Both the position numbers and the translations under genes were made by a program. Shown here in pieces: positions 27,673-39,255 of a stretch of DNA of 64,000 nucleotides (its first letter is position 1; each line of letters opens with the position of its first letter). This DNA comes from Flexilinea sp. GTDB taxonomy: Bacteria; Chloroflexota; Anaerolineae; Anaerolineales; Anaerolineaceae. The notes beneath the pieces were generated by a model that did no database searches, was not told where the DNA came from, and saw only the letters and a list, made by a program, of their open reading frames with translations. The stretch lies in the NCBI GenBank assembly GCA_041859835.1, contig JBFLFU010000003.1; one strand, written 5' to 3'.

Positions 27673-28799
27673 GTGAGAAGATTGGACAAAAAAACAATGC
27701 CGGCAAGGAACTGAGCGGATTTATACGCAATAACACTGTGCCGATCATGTTTGTGATTATCTGCGCCATTTGTATTCCGCTCTCAGGATTTTCTCCGGGC
27801 TATCTTATGGACGAGATCATTACCCGAATGGGCAGAAACATCTTTCTGATCCTCAGCCTTTTGATCCCGATTATGGCGGGCATGGGGCTCAACTTCGGTA
27901 TGACGCTTGGGGCGATGGCCGGGCAGATCGGGCTGATCCTGGTCGCCGACTGGCAGATTTGGGGTATTCCCGGCATCATCCTTGCGATGATCCTCTCGAT
28001 TCCGATCTCTATCGGTCTCGGCATTCTTTGCGGAACATTTCTCAACCGGGCTAAGGGACGGGAAATGGTTACCAGCTACATCATCAGTTATTTCATCAGC
28101 GGTTTGTACCAGCTGGTGGTGCTTTACATGATGGGATCGATCATTCCGATCATCCATTCTTCCATTAAGCTGCCCAGAGGCTACGGGATTCGGAACACTA
28201 CCAGCCTTCTGAACATGCGGCAGTCTTTGGACAACCTGCTTGCTCTCCGGATTGGCGGCGTTAAAATTCCGGTGTTGACTTTCATTATTATTGCTGTGCT
28301 GTGCCTCGTCATCGTATGGTTCAGAAAGACCAAGCTTGGGCAGGACATGCGGGCTGTTGGTCAGGACATGGAAGTGGCGCGTGACGCGGGCATCAACGTG
28401 GATAGAACGAGGATTATCTCCATCGTGATCTCCACTGTGTTGGCCGGTTTCGGCATGATCATTTATCTGCAGAACATGGGCAACCTGTCAACCTATAACT
28501 CTCATTCGCAGATCGGTATGTTCTGCATTGCGGCGCTGCTCGTCGGAGGCGCGTCCGTTGACAAGGCTTCTATCAGCAATGTGTTTGTTGGCGTCATCCT
28601 GTTCCACCTGATGTTTATCGTGGCGCCTTCAGCTGGTGCGAAGGTTACGGGCGACTCCATGGTCGGTGAATATTTCCGCGTATTCATTTCCTATGGCGTT
28701 ATCACGATCGCCCTGATCATGTATGAGACGAAAAAGCGCAGGGCTAAAAGCGCGATTGGCCGTCAGCTTGGGTTGGAGCAACGGGAGGAGGAGGAATGA
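27669..28799 (+). CDS. ABC permease of the DUF3798 system
   Basis: AGMGLNFG, RKTKLGQDMRAVGQD, ALLVGGAS. Confidence 0.85.
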   Translation: MSEKIGQKNNAGKELSGFIRNNTVPIMFVIICAICIPLSGFSPGYLMDEIITRMGRNIFLILSLLIPIMAGMGLNFGMTLGAMAGQIGLILVADWQIWGIPGIILAMILSIPISIGLGILCGTFLNRAKGREMVTSYIISYFISGLYQLVVLYMMGSIIPIIHSSIKLPRGYGIRNTTSLLNMRQSLDNLLALRIGGVKIPVLTFIIIAVLCLVIVWFRKTKLGQDMRAVGQDMEVARDAGINVDRTRIISIVISTVLAGFGMIIYLQNMGNLSTYNSHSQIGMFCIAALLVGGASVDKASISNVFVGVILFHLMFIVAPSAGAKVTGDSMVGEYFRVFISYGVITIALIMYETKKRRAKSAIGRQLGLEQREEEE

Positions 28800-29269
28800 A
28801 CGCCAAACGGAGATTTCTGTTTCGGGCGGGCGCTGTTGTGCTGCTGGTCCTAATTGCGGGACTCATGCTGATTATCGGCAGAGGGCACACCGTGTATCTG
28901 GACAATAAGACCATTGAGTACGAAGGTCAGACTTATTCCCCCCCTTACAAAGTTGTGATATCTGTTGACGGTAAACAGGTTGCGAAACTCAATGCCAGAG
29001 AGCGGGGGATGGCGACGAATATCGGTCAAAAATTTACCATGTCTCTGGAAATTACGGATGTTAAAGGCGGCGATGAACGGACGACGTCCATGACGATTGA
29101 CCTGCCTTACAAGATGGATGGCATCCTGATTAATCTGTCCGCCTTGCTGGCCGGGCTGCCTGAAGAGGCATACCTCTCTGAATTTGTCATCGCACCTGTT
29201 GATACGGGCGCGGAGGAAGAGATCGTTACCGATGAGTTCGGCTTGGCGGAGGATGGAACGGATCTTTAG
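28796..29269 (+). CDS. Membrane-anchored accessory protein (DUF6672-like)
   Basis: N-terminal TM then GRGHTVYLDNK; ATGA overlap with the permease; acidic tail. Confidence 0.65.
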   Translation: MNAKRRFLFRAGAVVLLVLIAGLMLIIGRGHTVYLDNKTIEYEGQTYSPPYKVVISVDGKQVAKLNARERGMATNIGQKFTMSLEITDVKGGDERTTSMTIDLPYKMDGILINLSALLAGLPEEAYLSEFVIAPVDTGAEEEIVTDEFGLAEDGTDL

Positions 29270-29272
29270 TAA

Positions 29273-29321
29273 AAGGTTAAATAAAAATCACCCCTCAACG
29301 GGGTGATTTTTATTTAACCTT
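29273..29321. terminator. Bidirectional terminator with perfect 22-bp arms
   Basis: AAGGTTAAATAAAAATCACCCC-TCAAC-GGGGTGATTTTTATTTAACCTT between convergent genes. Confidence 0.88.
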
Positions 29322-29330
29322 ATTCCTGGT

Positions 29331-30611
<1,281 letters not shown>

Positions 30612-30737
30612 TCAACAGGCTAATTTTACTACAGGTCGGCAGGAATAAACGATTGCCCCAATCAAAGCTTAAATGCTGGTAGAATATGATCTCAGCCGGA
30701 TTGTGTCATTAATCGGCTGGAAGTAAGGAAGGCAGGC

Positions 30738-32105
30738 ATGAGAAAACCGATTGTGGCGCTGATTGGGCGGCCAAACGTTGGAAAAAGTACATTGTTTAAC
30801 CGCTTGTCCGGGACGCGCGACGCGATCGTCGATGACGTGCCCGGCACAACACGCGACCGTCTTTGGGGTCACGCTGAATGGTGCGGCGTTGAATTTGATA
30901 TTGTGGATACCGGTGGAATTGATCCGGATGCTGCCGGGAATAAAGAGCCGCTCTCGGTTGGTTCGGCCGATTTTATTCAGGCAATTAAGTCGCAGGCATT
31001 ATTGGCGGTTCGGGAAGCGGATGTGGTCCTCTTTTTGGTGGATGCGCTCACCGGTGTAACCACGGCGGATCATGAAATCGCAACGATTCTGCGAAGACAC
31101 CAGCGGGTGGTGGATGGAAAAGAGATGCCGCCCGTGTTGTTGGTCGTGAACAAAACCGATTCCGAACGACAGCGTGCCGGTGTGGCGGAGTTTTATGAGT
31201 TAGGGATGGGAGAACCGTTCCCGTTGTCGGCGGTCCATGGAACCGAGACTGGCGATATGTTGGACGCGCTGGTTGCGTTGTTCCCGGAGCAAGTTGAAGA
31301 AGTTGAAGACGATTCGGTGAAAATTGCGATTGTCGGAAAGCCGAATGTCGGAAAATCCAGTCTCTTGAACCGGTTGGTTGGAGAGGAAAGAGTGATTGTC
31401 AGTGATATTGCCGGGACGACACGGGATGCGATTGACACAAAGCTGGTCTATCAGGACATTCCACTGACGCTGATCGACACGGCCGGCATTCGCCGGCGGG
31501 GGAAAATTGAACCCGGCGTGGAAAAATTCTCCGTGATCCGGTCCATGCGGGCTATTGAACGGGCGGATGTTGCCTTACTGGTGATTGATGCCGTTCAGGG
31601 GATTTCCGTTCAAGACGCGCATATTGCGGGCTATATTCTGGACGAGTGGAAGAGCGTTGTGGTTATCGTCAACAAATGGGACGCGATCGAAAAAGACAAT
31701 TACACGATGCAAAACTACACGGACCGGATTCGCGAAGAATTGAACTTCATGGATTATGTTCCGGTGCTTTTTATTTCTGCTTTGAATGGTCAGCGGGTAG
31801 AGCGGGTTCTTCCGATGGCACTGGAAGTTCAGGAAGAACGATTGGCTCGCATTACGACTTCCGCACTGAATGAGGTGATCCATGAGGCACAGGATAAACA
31901 TCATGCGACCTCAAAATCCGGACGCTCGCTGCATATGTATTATGCCACGCAGGTCCGCAGTGACCCGCCGACATTCCTGATTTATGTGAACGACCCTGAA
32001 TTGGCACATTTTACCTATAAGCGATATTTGGAAAACCAGATTCGGGTGCGATTTAAATTTATTGGTACGCCAATCCGGTTGGTGTTTAAAGCAAGACGCC
32101 CATAA
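30738..32105 (+). CDS. der: Ribosome biogenesis GTPase Der
   Basis: Two G domains (GRPNVGKS, GKPNVGKS; DTGG, DTAG; NKTD, NKWD) plus KH-like tail; extended -10 TGGTAGAAT at 30677-85. Confidence 0.97.
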   Translation: MRKPIVALIGRPNVGKSTLFNRLSGTRDAIVDDVPGTTRDRLWGHAEWCGVEFDIVDTGGIDPDAAGNKEPLSVGSADFIQAIKSQALLAVREADVVLFLVDALTGVTTADHEIATILRRHQRVVDGKEMPPVLLVVNKTDSERQRAGVAEFYELGMGEPFPLSAVHGTETGDMLDALVALFPEQVEEVEDDSVKIAIVGKPNVGKSSLLNRLVGEERVIVSDIAGTTRDAIDTKLVYQDIPLTLIDTAGIRRRGKIEPGVEKFSVIRSMRAIERADVALLVIDAVQGISVQDAHIAGYILDEWKSVVVIVNKWDAIEKDNYTMQNYTDRIREELNFMDYVPVLFISALNGQRVERVLPMALEVQEERLARITTSALNEVIHEAQDKHHATSKSGRSLHMYYATQVRSDPPTFLIYVNDPELAHFTYKRYLENQIRVRFKFIGTPIRLVFKARRP

Positions 32106-32255
32106 GCAGAGGCTTCCCTGGATGTTGATATCAGTTCGTTTTTTACGCGCTGAGAAATTTTATGCAGCGTAAACATTTGTTAATGATCCTCTGATGAAAT
32201 GGGTGTATTATTAAGCCGTGTAAAAAACAACGTTGAATGGAGAGAATCGCGCAGC

Positions 32256-32858
32256 ATGGCAAGAAAACGACCGGCTCAAAAAGAAGAAAAAAAGAAAAAG
32301 ACAACCTGGGGTGTAATTTGGGAGTTAGTCCAGACGCTGCTGATGGCAGCGGTTTTATATTTTGCTATTGATTTTTGTATTGCGCGCGTTCGAGTCGAGA
32401 ATATCAGTATGGAGACCACCTTTACTGAAGGTGAGCTCCTGATGGTGAACCGGTTGAACTATAAATTTAATGAGCCCAAACGGGGTGATGTCGTGATTTT
32501 TGAAGCGCCGACTGCTCCCGGAAAAGACTATATTAAAAGGATGATTGGACTTCCCGGTGATAAAGTTACCGTAACAAACGGGAAGCTTTCTATTAATGGA
32601 AATGAAATCGATGAGAGTTGGGTCCATGAACCGATTAATTACAGCGGTGCATGGGTGGTCCCCGCGGATCAGTATTTTGTGTTGGGGGATAACCGTAACC
32701 ACTCATCTGATTCCCATAGTTGGGGGTTTGTCCCGCGAGAAAATCTGATCGGGAATGCTTTCTTCTGTTACTGGCCATTGAATCATATTCGTGTGATTGA
32801 CACACCGATTATATTGCCAGGAGAGGAAAAAAGTGCTGCAAACAGCAATGGAGGGTAA
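32256..32858 (+). CDS. lepB: Signal peptidase I
   Basis: VENISMETT (Ser), RGDVVIF, DYIKRMIG (Lys), GDNRNHSSDSH. Confidence 0.93.
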   Translation: MARKRPAQKEEKKKKTTWGVIWELVQTLLMAAVLYFAIDFCIARVRVENISMETTFTEGELLMVNRLNYKFNEPKRGDVVIFEAPTAPGKDYIKRMIGLPGDKVTVTNGKLSINGNEIDESWVHEPINYSGAWVVPADQYFVLGDNRNHSSDSHSWGFVPRENLIGNAFFCYWPLNHIRVIDTPIILPGEEKSAANSNGG

Positions 32859-32859
32859 G

Positions 32860-33150
32860 GTGGAAAAAAATATTGACCGGTACTGTTCAGAATGCCAGGT
32901 GGGTATCCCATATTTTGGCAGTGCCACCTATTTTACCTGGATTGACGATGAATTGATTACAGTTCCGGATTTTCCTTGTTGGATCTGTGATGTATGCGGG
33001 AAGCGGGACTGGGACACTCAGGCTTTGATGCAGTTGAATCTGCTCCTGAGTCCGAATGCAGGAAAAATTCAGTCGCGAAGGAAGCCGCTTCCGGCTGCCG
33101 AACCGGAAAGCAAGCCTGCCAAAACGATTCGGCGGAAGGCACTGCGGTAG
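32860..33150 (+). CDS. YgiT-type zinc-finger protein
   Basis: CSEC...VPDFPCWICDVCG; GTG start 1 nt after the lepB stop, GGAGG RBS. Confidence 0.65.
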   Translation: MEKNIDRYCSECQVGIPYFGSATYFTWIDDELITVPDFPCWICDVCGKRDWDTQALMQLNLLLSPNAGKIQSRRKPLPAAEPESKPAKTIRRKALR

Positions 33151-33200
33151 AGAACATAAAGAAAGAACGCGGATTCCGCGTTCTTTCTTTATGTTCTCTA
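33148..33200. repeat. Perfect 26-bp inverted repeat with 1-nt spacer, probable bidirectional terminator
   Basis: TAGAGAACATAAAGAAAGAACGCGGA-T-TCCGCGTTCTTTCTTTATGTTCTCTA between convergent genes. Confidence 0.9.
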
Positions 33201-33221
33201 AGTTTGATATCAGCCGCCGGG

Positions 33222-34568
33222 TCAGGGAGTCGTTTCAGGGATGGTTGTTTCTTCGGCATCAGCGACCGTGCTATCGCCGGTGTTCCCCACATCGATCTGA
33301 GCTGCCGCCAAATCAGTTGAACCATCCTCTATAACTGGCGCCAGTGTAATGTCAAATTGGCCCGATTTGCACACATCCGTCATATAATTGGCGTTTTGAA
33401 CAGCGACGGCGTCGTCCGGAATTCCCTGTATGATCGCCCGGACAATCTCCGTGGCATCCTGGCATTGGCCGGAACGCGCCAGTACCAGTCCATACATATA
33501 ATAGAGCTCCGGGACACGGTTGTCGTAACTCAGCGGAATTCCCTCAACCCGAACCCCATCTTTTGTAGTTCCACCCTGAATAGACAGTTTGAAATAATCA
33601 AGCGCCTGCTGATATTTTTCTGAACGGTAGTATTGGGTACCAAGGTTCCAATAAAAAGAAGTCTCTGTCGGCGCCAGTTTAATCGCATCCTCTGCCTGTT
33701 GGATGGCTTTGGCATATTCACCGTTCCCGCTATAAGTGCGGGAAATATAATATGGGGCCCAGGGATCATAGGGGTTTAGCGAGCGGGCCCGCTCAAACGC
33801 GGTTACCGCGTCCGCGTCCTGTCCTGCCACGCGCAAATTCCTCCCCAGTGCCAGATAGAGGTCGCCAATGTTTGGGTTGATCGAAATGGCGATCTGGAAC
33901 TCACTGATCGCGTCCTCATAGTTACCGGTGATTTCGAGCAGTAATCCTCGAGCCCGATGCGCTTCCATCAGGTTGTTGCCGTTTGCAATTGCCAAGCGGG
34001 AATATTCGGTTGCTTTTTCCAGCGTATCCAGGCTGTCCGCTCCGGAGTTGAATTGATCGACCAGAATCTCTGTGCGATAAGCGTAAATCAATGCGTTATT
34101 GGAATCGATCTCCAGTGCACGGGTGAATGCCGACTCGGCATCCAGATAATTATCCAGTTTCCCCAATGCCCAGCCGCGAATCGCGTGTGCGACGGCATTA
34201 TTACTGTTCAACAAAATCGCGTTTTCGGCGTTTTTCAGCGCTTCCGCATAATCTCCTTCGAATACCTGAAGCTTTGCGATGTTGATGTATGAGGTTGTAT
34301 TTTTCGGATCAGATTCGATCGCTTTTTCATAGAGTTCAATGGCGCGTGCGAAGCGCCCCTCTCTTTGGAACTGCTCTGCTTCAACCAGATAGGCCTCTGG
34401 TGGTGTGGTTGGCGTGTTTGTCGGGATGAATAAAGGCTGGGTCTCCGGAACGATGACCAGGCTGAAGTAAATCCCAGCTGCCGCAAGGACGAAAAGTACC
34501 ATAACTCTCAGTGGACTGGAGCGGCGTTTTCTTCCGTTATAGCGGTATTGCGACCCTTTTAAATACAT
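33222..34568 (-). CDS. Membrane-anchored tetratricopeptide repeat protein
   Basis: N-terminal TM, then many TPRs (AIELYEKAIESDP, AESAFTRALEIDS, AISEFQIAISINP). Confidence 0.85.
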   Translation of the reverse strand: MYLKGSQYRYNGRKRRSSPLRVMVLFVLAAAGIYFSLVIVPETQPLFIPTNTPTTPPEAYLVEAEQFQREGRFARAIELYEKAIESDPKNTTSYINIAKLQVFEGDYAEALKNAENAILLNSNNAVAHAIRGWALGKLDNYLDAESAFTRALEIDSNNALIYAYRTEILVDQFNSGADSLDTLEKATEYSRLAIANGNNLMEAHRARGLLLEITGNYEDAISEFQIAISINPNIGDLYLALGRNLRVAGQDADAVTAFERARSLNPYDPWAPYYISRTYSGNGEYAKAIQQAEDAIKLAPTETSFYWNLGTQYYRSEKYQQALDYFKLSIQGGTTKDGVRVEGIPLSYDNRVPELYYMYGLVLARSGQCQDATEIVRAIIQGIPDDAVAVQNANYMTDVCKSGQFDITLAPVIEDGSTDLAAAQIDVGNTGDSTVADAEETTIPETTP

Positions 34569-34931
34569 GCTTTTTCCTTTTTCAAACTGTTTGAAGTAGT
34601 CCGGATTTCGGTTGGACCGGACATATCCGCCGGTTTTCGGTAATACATAAAACCAACATCCCCGCTTTGTCCGAAAGAAGTATCCGGCGAATTTTGAAGG
34701 ATATCAGAAATATCTTCTTTTATCCGATATTGATTATTATAACGCCTGGAAACATGCCTAAACGGTTTCTATGTCGCTCAGAAGGCTTAGCGAGACAACA
34801 AAACGGAGGATGGTCCAATTTTTGACAATCATAAGCTTTGTGTCCTCAGTTTCAAAATGCTGGTTATTTTTTACAGAAGAATGTATAATATTTTTACAAA
34901 TTGGTAATATTTCTAATACTGATAAGGAGCT

Positions 34932-35957
34932 ATGATGAAGAAAATAAGCATTATTCTTGCCTTGGTGGTTGTTTTGGTCTTTAGTTTGCCTGTTATGGCA
35001 CAGGACACACTGAAGATCTGTCAGGTTACCGATATGGGCGGCGTGGATGACAAATCCTTCAATGAAACTGCCTGGAATGGTATCCTGAAAGCAAAGGAAG
35101 ATTTTGGCACCGAAGCCGTTGTGCTCGAATCAACCTCTGATTCGGATTATGCGGTCAACATTGATCAATTTATTGATGATGAATGTGACCTGATTGTTAC
35201 CGTTGGTTACCTGCTCGCTGACGCGACGACAGAAGCCGCACAGACCTACCCCGACTACAAATTCAGTATTATTGACTCCAGTGTTTCCCAGCCGAATGTT
35301 GTTGATCAGGTCTTCCAGACCGATGAAGCAGCCTTTTTGGCCGGGTATGTTGCCGCAGCGGTTTCCGAAACCGGTGTGATTGGAACCTTTGGTGGAATGT
35401 GCATCCCGACCGTCACGATTTTCATGGATGGCTTTGCCCGCGGCGCGGCTTACTATAATGAAGTCAAAGGCGCCGATGTGAAAGTTCTTGGTTGGGACAC
35501 CGAAAAAGTTGAAGGCACCTGTGTGGACTCCTTTGACGACCTTGAAAAAGGCAAGCAGGTTTCCATTACCATGATGGATCAGGGTGCTGATATCATTATG
35601 CCGGTGGCCGGCCCGGTTGGCGGCGGTACCATTGCTGCGATTGAAGATCGCGGTACCGGTATGGTGATAGGTGTGGACTCTGACTGGTTCTATACTTATC
35701 CCGAAAATACGGATCTGATCCTGACATCGGTTGTGAAGAAAATGGATGAGACCACATACGAAGTGATCGATTCCCTGATCAAGGGAACTTTTGCCGGCGG
35801 TAAACTGGTCGGTACACTGGAGAACCTTGGTGTTGACCTGGCTCCGTTCCATGATCTGGAATCCAAAGTCCCCGCTGAAGTTCTTGCTGAATTGGACGAT
35901 ATCCGCGCGAAGATTATCAGTGGTGAAATCGAACTGAACCCTGTATTCGCTCAGTAA
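34932..35957 (+). CDS. BMP family (nucleoside-binding) ABC substrate-binding protein
   Basis: DMGGVDDKSFNETAW, LIVTVGY, AAFLAGYVAA, IGVDSD, LTSVVK. Confidence 0.9.
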   Translation: MMKKISIILALVVVLVFSLPVMAQDTLKICQVTDMGGVDDKSFNETAWNGILKAKEDFGTEAVVLESTSDSDYAVNIDQFIDDECDLIVTVGYLLADATTEAAQTYPDYKFSIIDSSVSQPNVVDQVFQTDEAAFLAGYVAAAVSETGVIGTFGGMCIPTVTIFMDGFARGAAYYNEVKGADVKVLGWDTEKVEGTCVDSFDDLEKGKQVSITMMDQGADIIMPVAGPVGGGTIAAIEDRGTGMVIGVDSDWFYTYPENTDLILTSVVKKMDETTYEVIDSLIKGTFAGGKLVGTLENLGVDLAPFHDLESKVPAEVLAELDDIRAKIISGEIELNPVFAQ

Positions 35958-35973
35958 GCCTGATTGGAATATT

Positions 35974-36011
35974 CAAAAAAGGGGACGGGTATTCCCCGTC
36001 CTCTTTTTTTG
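35974..36011 (+). terminator. Intrinsic terminator after the BMP gene
   Basis: CAAAAAAGGGGACGGG-TATTC-CCCGTCCTCTTTTTTTG. Confidence 0.85.
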
Positions 36012-36382
36012 ATACCGAACCGTGGCTGATGATTCGCCTTTTGAAAAATTCTTTTGAACAAATACCACAAGGTACAGAAGGTAATGTCTCTTCGAAGGAA
36101 TTTGTCAAAACTGTGAGTTGTTACAATCAATGGACGAATTTCTCTCCGGATTCCAGAAACGCAAAATGGACGAAAAGCCGAAAAATCTGTTTGTGTTTTG
36201 AATAACCGAATCCGGGTAAAAGCTTGTGCAAATTAATGATGTTCTGATTATACTTTTTTAGAATGCAACCCAAAACACAGCGCATTATGTTTTGGGTCAG
36301 ATAAGCGGATAAAAGCTCCGCGTTATTTTGATCCACCTTTCCAACAATATTCTGGAAAACACTTGTCAGTGAGGTGAAACAG

Positions 36383-37942
36383 ATGGCACCAGTTCTTGAA
36401 TTGAAAGATATTACCAAACAGTTTCCCGGTGTCCTGGCGAATGATCATATTGATCTGCGCCTGGAAAAAGGCGAGATCCTGGCTTTGCTGGGTGAAAATG
36501 GCGCCGGAAAAACGACTTTGATGAATATCCTGTATGGATTGTATCAGCCGGACGAAGGTTCGGTTTTTATTAATGGAGAACCAATTGCGATCCATTCCTC
36601 GATTGATGCCATTAAGGCCGGTGTCGGGATGGTTCATCAGCACTTTATGCTGATTCCGGTCTTTACGGTGGCGGACAATATTATGCTGGGTGAGGAATCG
36701 GTAAAGTTTGGCGGTGTGCTCGATCGCAAGATTGCAAAGACAAAAATTTTGGAGATTTCGAACCAATATAACCTGAATGTCCCGCCGGATGCACTGGTAG
36801 CTGATCTGCCGGTCGGGGTACAGCAGCGGGTGGAAATCCTTAAGCTGCTGTATCGAGAAGCTGAAATTCTGATTTTTGACGAACCGACGGCTGTTTTAAC
36901 CCCGCAGGAGGCTGATGATTTATTCCGAATTATGCGGGGATTGACTGATCAGGGCAAATCGATCATTTTTATTACGCATAAACTGCGCGAAGTATTGGAA
37001 TATTCCGATCGGATCATGGTGATCCGCCGCGGAAAAGTGATTGGTGAGACACTTCCTTCTGAGGCCGATCAGGAAAAGCTTGCCGAGATGATGGTGGGCC
37101 GATCCGTGTCACTGACACAGGAGAAAATGAAATCCGAACCCGGCGAAATTGTGCTGGAGGCCGAGAATCTCGTGGTGGCGGATGCCACAAAGAAAATCAC
37201 TGTCCACGGGGTTTCATTCCAGTTACGGGCTGGGGAAGTTCTCGGTATTGCGGGCGTTCAGGGCAATGGTCAGACTGAGCTGGAAGAAGCGGTCACCGGA
37301 ATGCGGCAGGTCGAGAGCGGCAGTATCTCCATCCTGGGGGTAGAAAACAATAAGATCACGCCACGGCAGTTTGTCGACGCAGCCGGGGCGCATATCCCCG
37401 AGGATCGCCAGCGTGACGGGCTCATTCTCAGTTTTTCAGTAGAGGACAATCTCACTTTGTGTACGTTTCGGAAGCCGCCATTTTCTTCCGGCATTTTGTT
37501 GAACCACCAGGCAATTCGAGACAATGCCATGAAACTCATTCGTGATTTTGATGTGCGAACCCCCGGTCCATTGACAGAAGTTGGTGCGCTTTCCGGTGGG
37601 AATCAGCAGAAAGTGATTGTGGCGCGGGAATTAAGCCGGGAAAACCGTTTTATTGTCGCCTCCCAGCCGACTCGCGGTTTAGATGTCGGTTCCATCGAGT
37701 ACATCCATGGTCAATTACTGAATATGCGTGACAAGGGTTGCGGCATTTTGCTGATTTCTTCAGAACTGGATGAAATAATGGACTTGTCGGATCGTATTTT
37801 AGTGATGTATAAAGGCGAGGCTGTGGCGACTTTGGATGCAAATAAGGTGACAAAATCTGAAATTGGTTTATACATGGCAGGATTGCATCCTGAAATGGAC
37901 GCGTCTGCTAACGCGAATTCAATCGAGACAGAGGCAGTATGA
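36383..37942 (+). CDS. Nucleoside-type ABC ATP-binding protein (two NBDs)
   Basis: GENGAGKT, GMVHQHF, FDEPTAVL, LSGGNQQK, QPTRGLD. Confidence 0.92.
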   Translation: MAPVLELKDITKQFPGVLANDHIDLRLEKGEILALLGENGAGKTTLMNILYGLYQPDEGSVFINGEPIAIHSSIDAIKAGVGMVHQHFMLIPVFTVADNIMLGEESVKFGGVLDRKIAKTKILEISNQYNLNVPPDALVADLPVGVQQRVEILKLLYREAEILIFDEPTAVLTPQEADDLFRIMRGLTDQGKSIIFITHKLREVLEYSDRIMVIRRGKVIGETLPSEADQEKLAEMMVGRSVSLTQEKMKSEPGEIVLEAENLVVADATKKITVHGVSFQLRAGEVLGIAGVQGNGQTELEEAVTGMRQVESGSISILGVENNKITPRQFVDAAGAHIPEDRQRDGLILSFSVEDNLTLCTFRKPPFSSGILLNHQAIRDNAMKLIRDFDVRTPGPLTEVGALSGGNQQKVIVARELSRENRFIVASQPTRGLDVGSIEYIHGQLLNMRDKGCGILLISSELDEIMDLSDRILVMYKGEAVATLDANKVTKSEIGLYMAGLHPEMDASANANSIETEAV

Positions 37943-39255
37943 AGGAGAATCCCATGAAGATGACCAATAATGTACCAGATCAGGACAACAAGCCTGAACA
38001 GGGAACTGGTGAGATCTTCCTTGAGGAATTATCGAAGCGCCCGGGGCATCGGGAGGGCTTTTTCTCAAAATTCTGGGCTGCGATCCAAATTCCTTTTTTA
38101 GCAATTATTTCAGGTTTATTTCTTGGCGCCGTCATAATTATTTTGACGTCCAGCGATGTTTATTCGGCATTTGGAGAAGGATTCTGGGCTGGCATAAAAA
38201 CAACTTTCCAAATTGTCGGCAAAGCCTATAGCATGCTTTTTACCGGTGCTTTTGGCGATCCCGCCAGGATCGTTGAGGCTTTGAAAACCGGAGAGAAGAT
38301 TGACCGGGCATTTAAACCGATATTGCAAAGTCTGGTTGAAACGACGCCGTATATTTTTTCCGGCCTGGCCGTTGCGCTCGGATTTCGAGCCGGTGTATTT
38401 AACATCGGCGGAGAAGGACAAATCTATGTCGGGGCGCTGGCCGCGACGTTTGTGGGATATAACATCACCGGGCTGCCCGCTTATATCCACCTCCCGCTTA
38501 CGATTCTGGCCGCGGTTGTTGCCGGCGGCCTGTGGGGGTTCGTGCCGGGTTGGTTGAAAGCAAAGACTGGCGCGCATGAAGTGATTAATACGATCATGAT
38601 GAATTATATTGCTTTACGCCTGGTTGAGTATCTGCTAACGGGTCCGATGACAAAAGCAGGCAGCGGTGGGATGCCTATTTCCAATGCTGTGCAGGAATCC
38701 GCCAGACTTCCGTTGATATTCCCGAAACCATTGAACTTGCATTGGGGGTTCTTTTTCGCGCTGTTCATGGCGGTAGCGGTCTGGTTTTTTCTGTTCAAAA
38801 CGACAGGTGGCCGGATGCTCCAAATGGCTGGTGCGAACAAATTTGCCGCAAAATATGCCGGTGTGAATATCGGGGTTTGGATAGTGCTGGGGATGACGAT
38901 ATCCGGGGCCCTGGCAGGGTTGTGCGGAGCAACACAGGTATTGGGCGTGACGTATACCATGGGGTTGGGTGTTTCATCCGGATACGGGTTTAATTCGATT
39001 GCACTGGCGTTGCTGGCAAACAATAATCCGCTTGGATGTATCCTGTCGGCCTTTTTATTCGGTTTCCTGAAAACCGGTTCACGAAATATGATGTCTAATA
39101 CCGGAATCCCGCTGGATATTGTTTCTATTGTGCAGGCCTTTATTCTGATGTTTATTGCGGCTCCTGCGATTATTCGGACAGTTTTTCGCCTGAAAAACAG
39201 AAAAACCACAATTTCGGTTGAGGCGGTCAACGTTTCGAACGAAGGGGGGCAGTGA
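37939..39255 (+). CDS. Nucleoside-type ABC permease
   Basis: FNIGGEGQ, TGAHEVINTIMMNY, GYGFNSIALALL. Confidence 0.88.
   Translation: MKENPMKMTNNVPDQDNKPEQGTGEIFLEELSKRPGHREGFFSKFWAAIQIPFLAIISGLFLGAVIIILTSSDVYSAFGEGFWAGIKTTFQIVGKAYSMLFTGAFGDPARIVEALKTGEKIDRAFKPILQSLVETTPYIFSGLAVALGFRAGVFNIGGEGQIYVGALAATFVGYNITGLPAYIHLPLTILAAVVAGGLWGFVPGWLKAKTGAHEVINTIMMNYIALRLVEYLLTGPMTKAGSGGMPISNAVQESARLPLIFPKPLNLHWGFFFALFMAVAVWFFLFKTTGGRMLQMAGANKFAAKYAGVNIGVWIVLGMTISGALAGLCGATQVLGVTYTMGLGVSSGYGFNSIALALLANNNPLGCILSAFLFGFLKTGSRNMMSNTGIPLDIVSIVQAFILMFIAAPAIIRTVFRLKNRKTTISVEAVNVSNEGGQ

Noticed and set aside
33151-33200. GAAC...GTTC in the 33148 palindrome as a LexA box
   Set aside because: The spacer is 11 nt rather than 4, and the site is at gene 3' ends
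36012-36370. Possible sRNA or small gene in the long BMP-ATPase spacer
   Set aside because: Only a 10-bp inverted repeat (36268-97) and a 10-nt direct repeat; no recognisable RNA family or credible ORF
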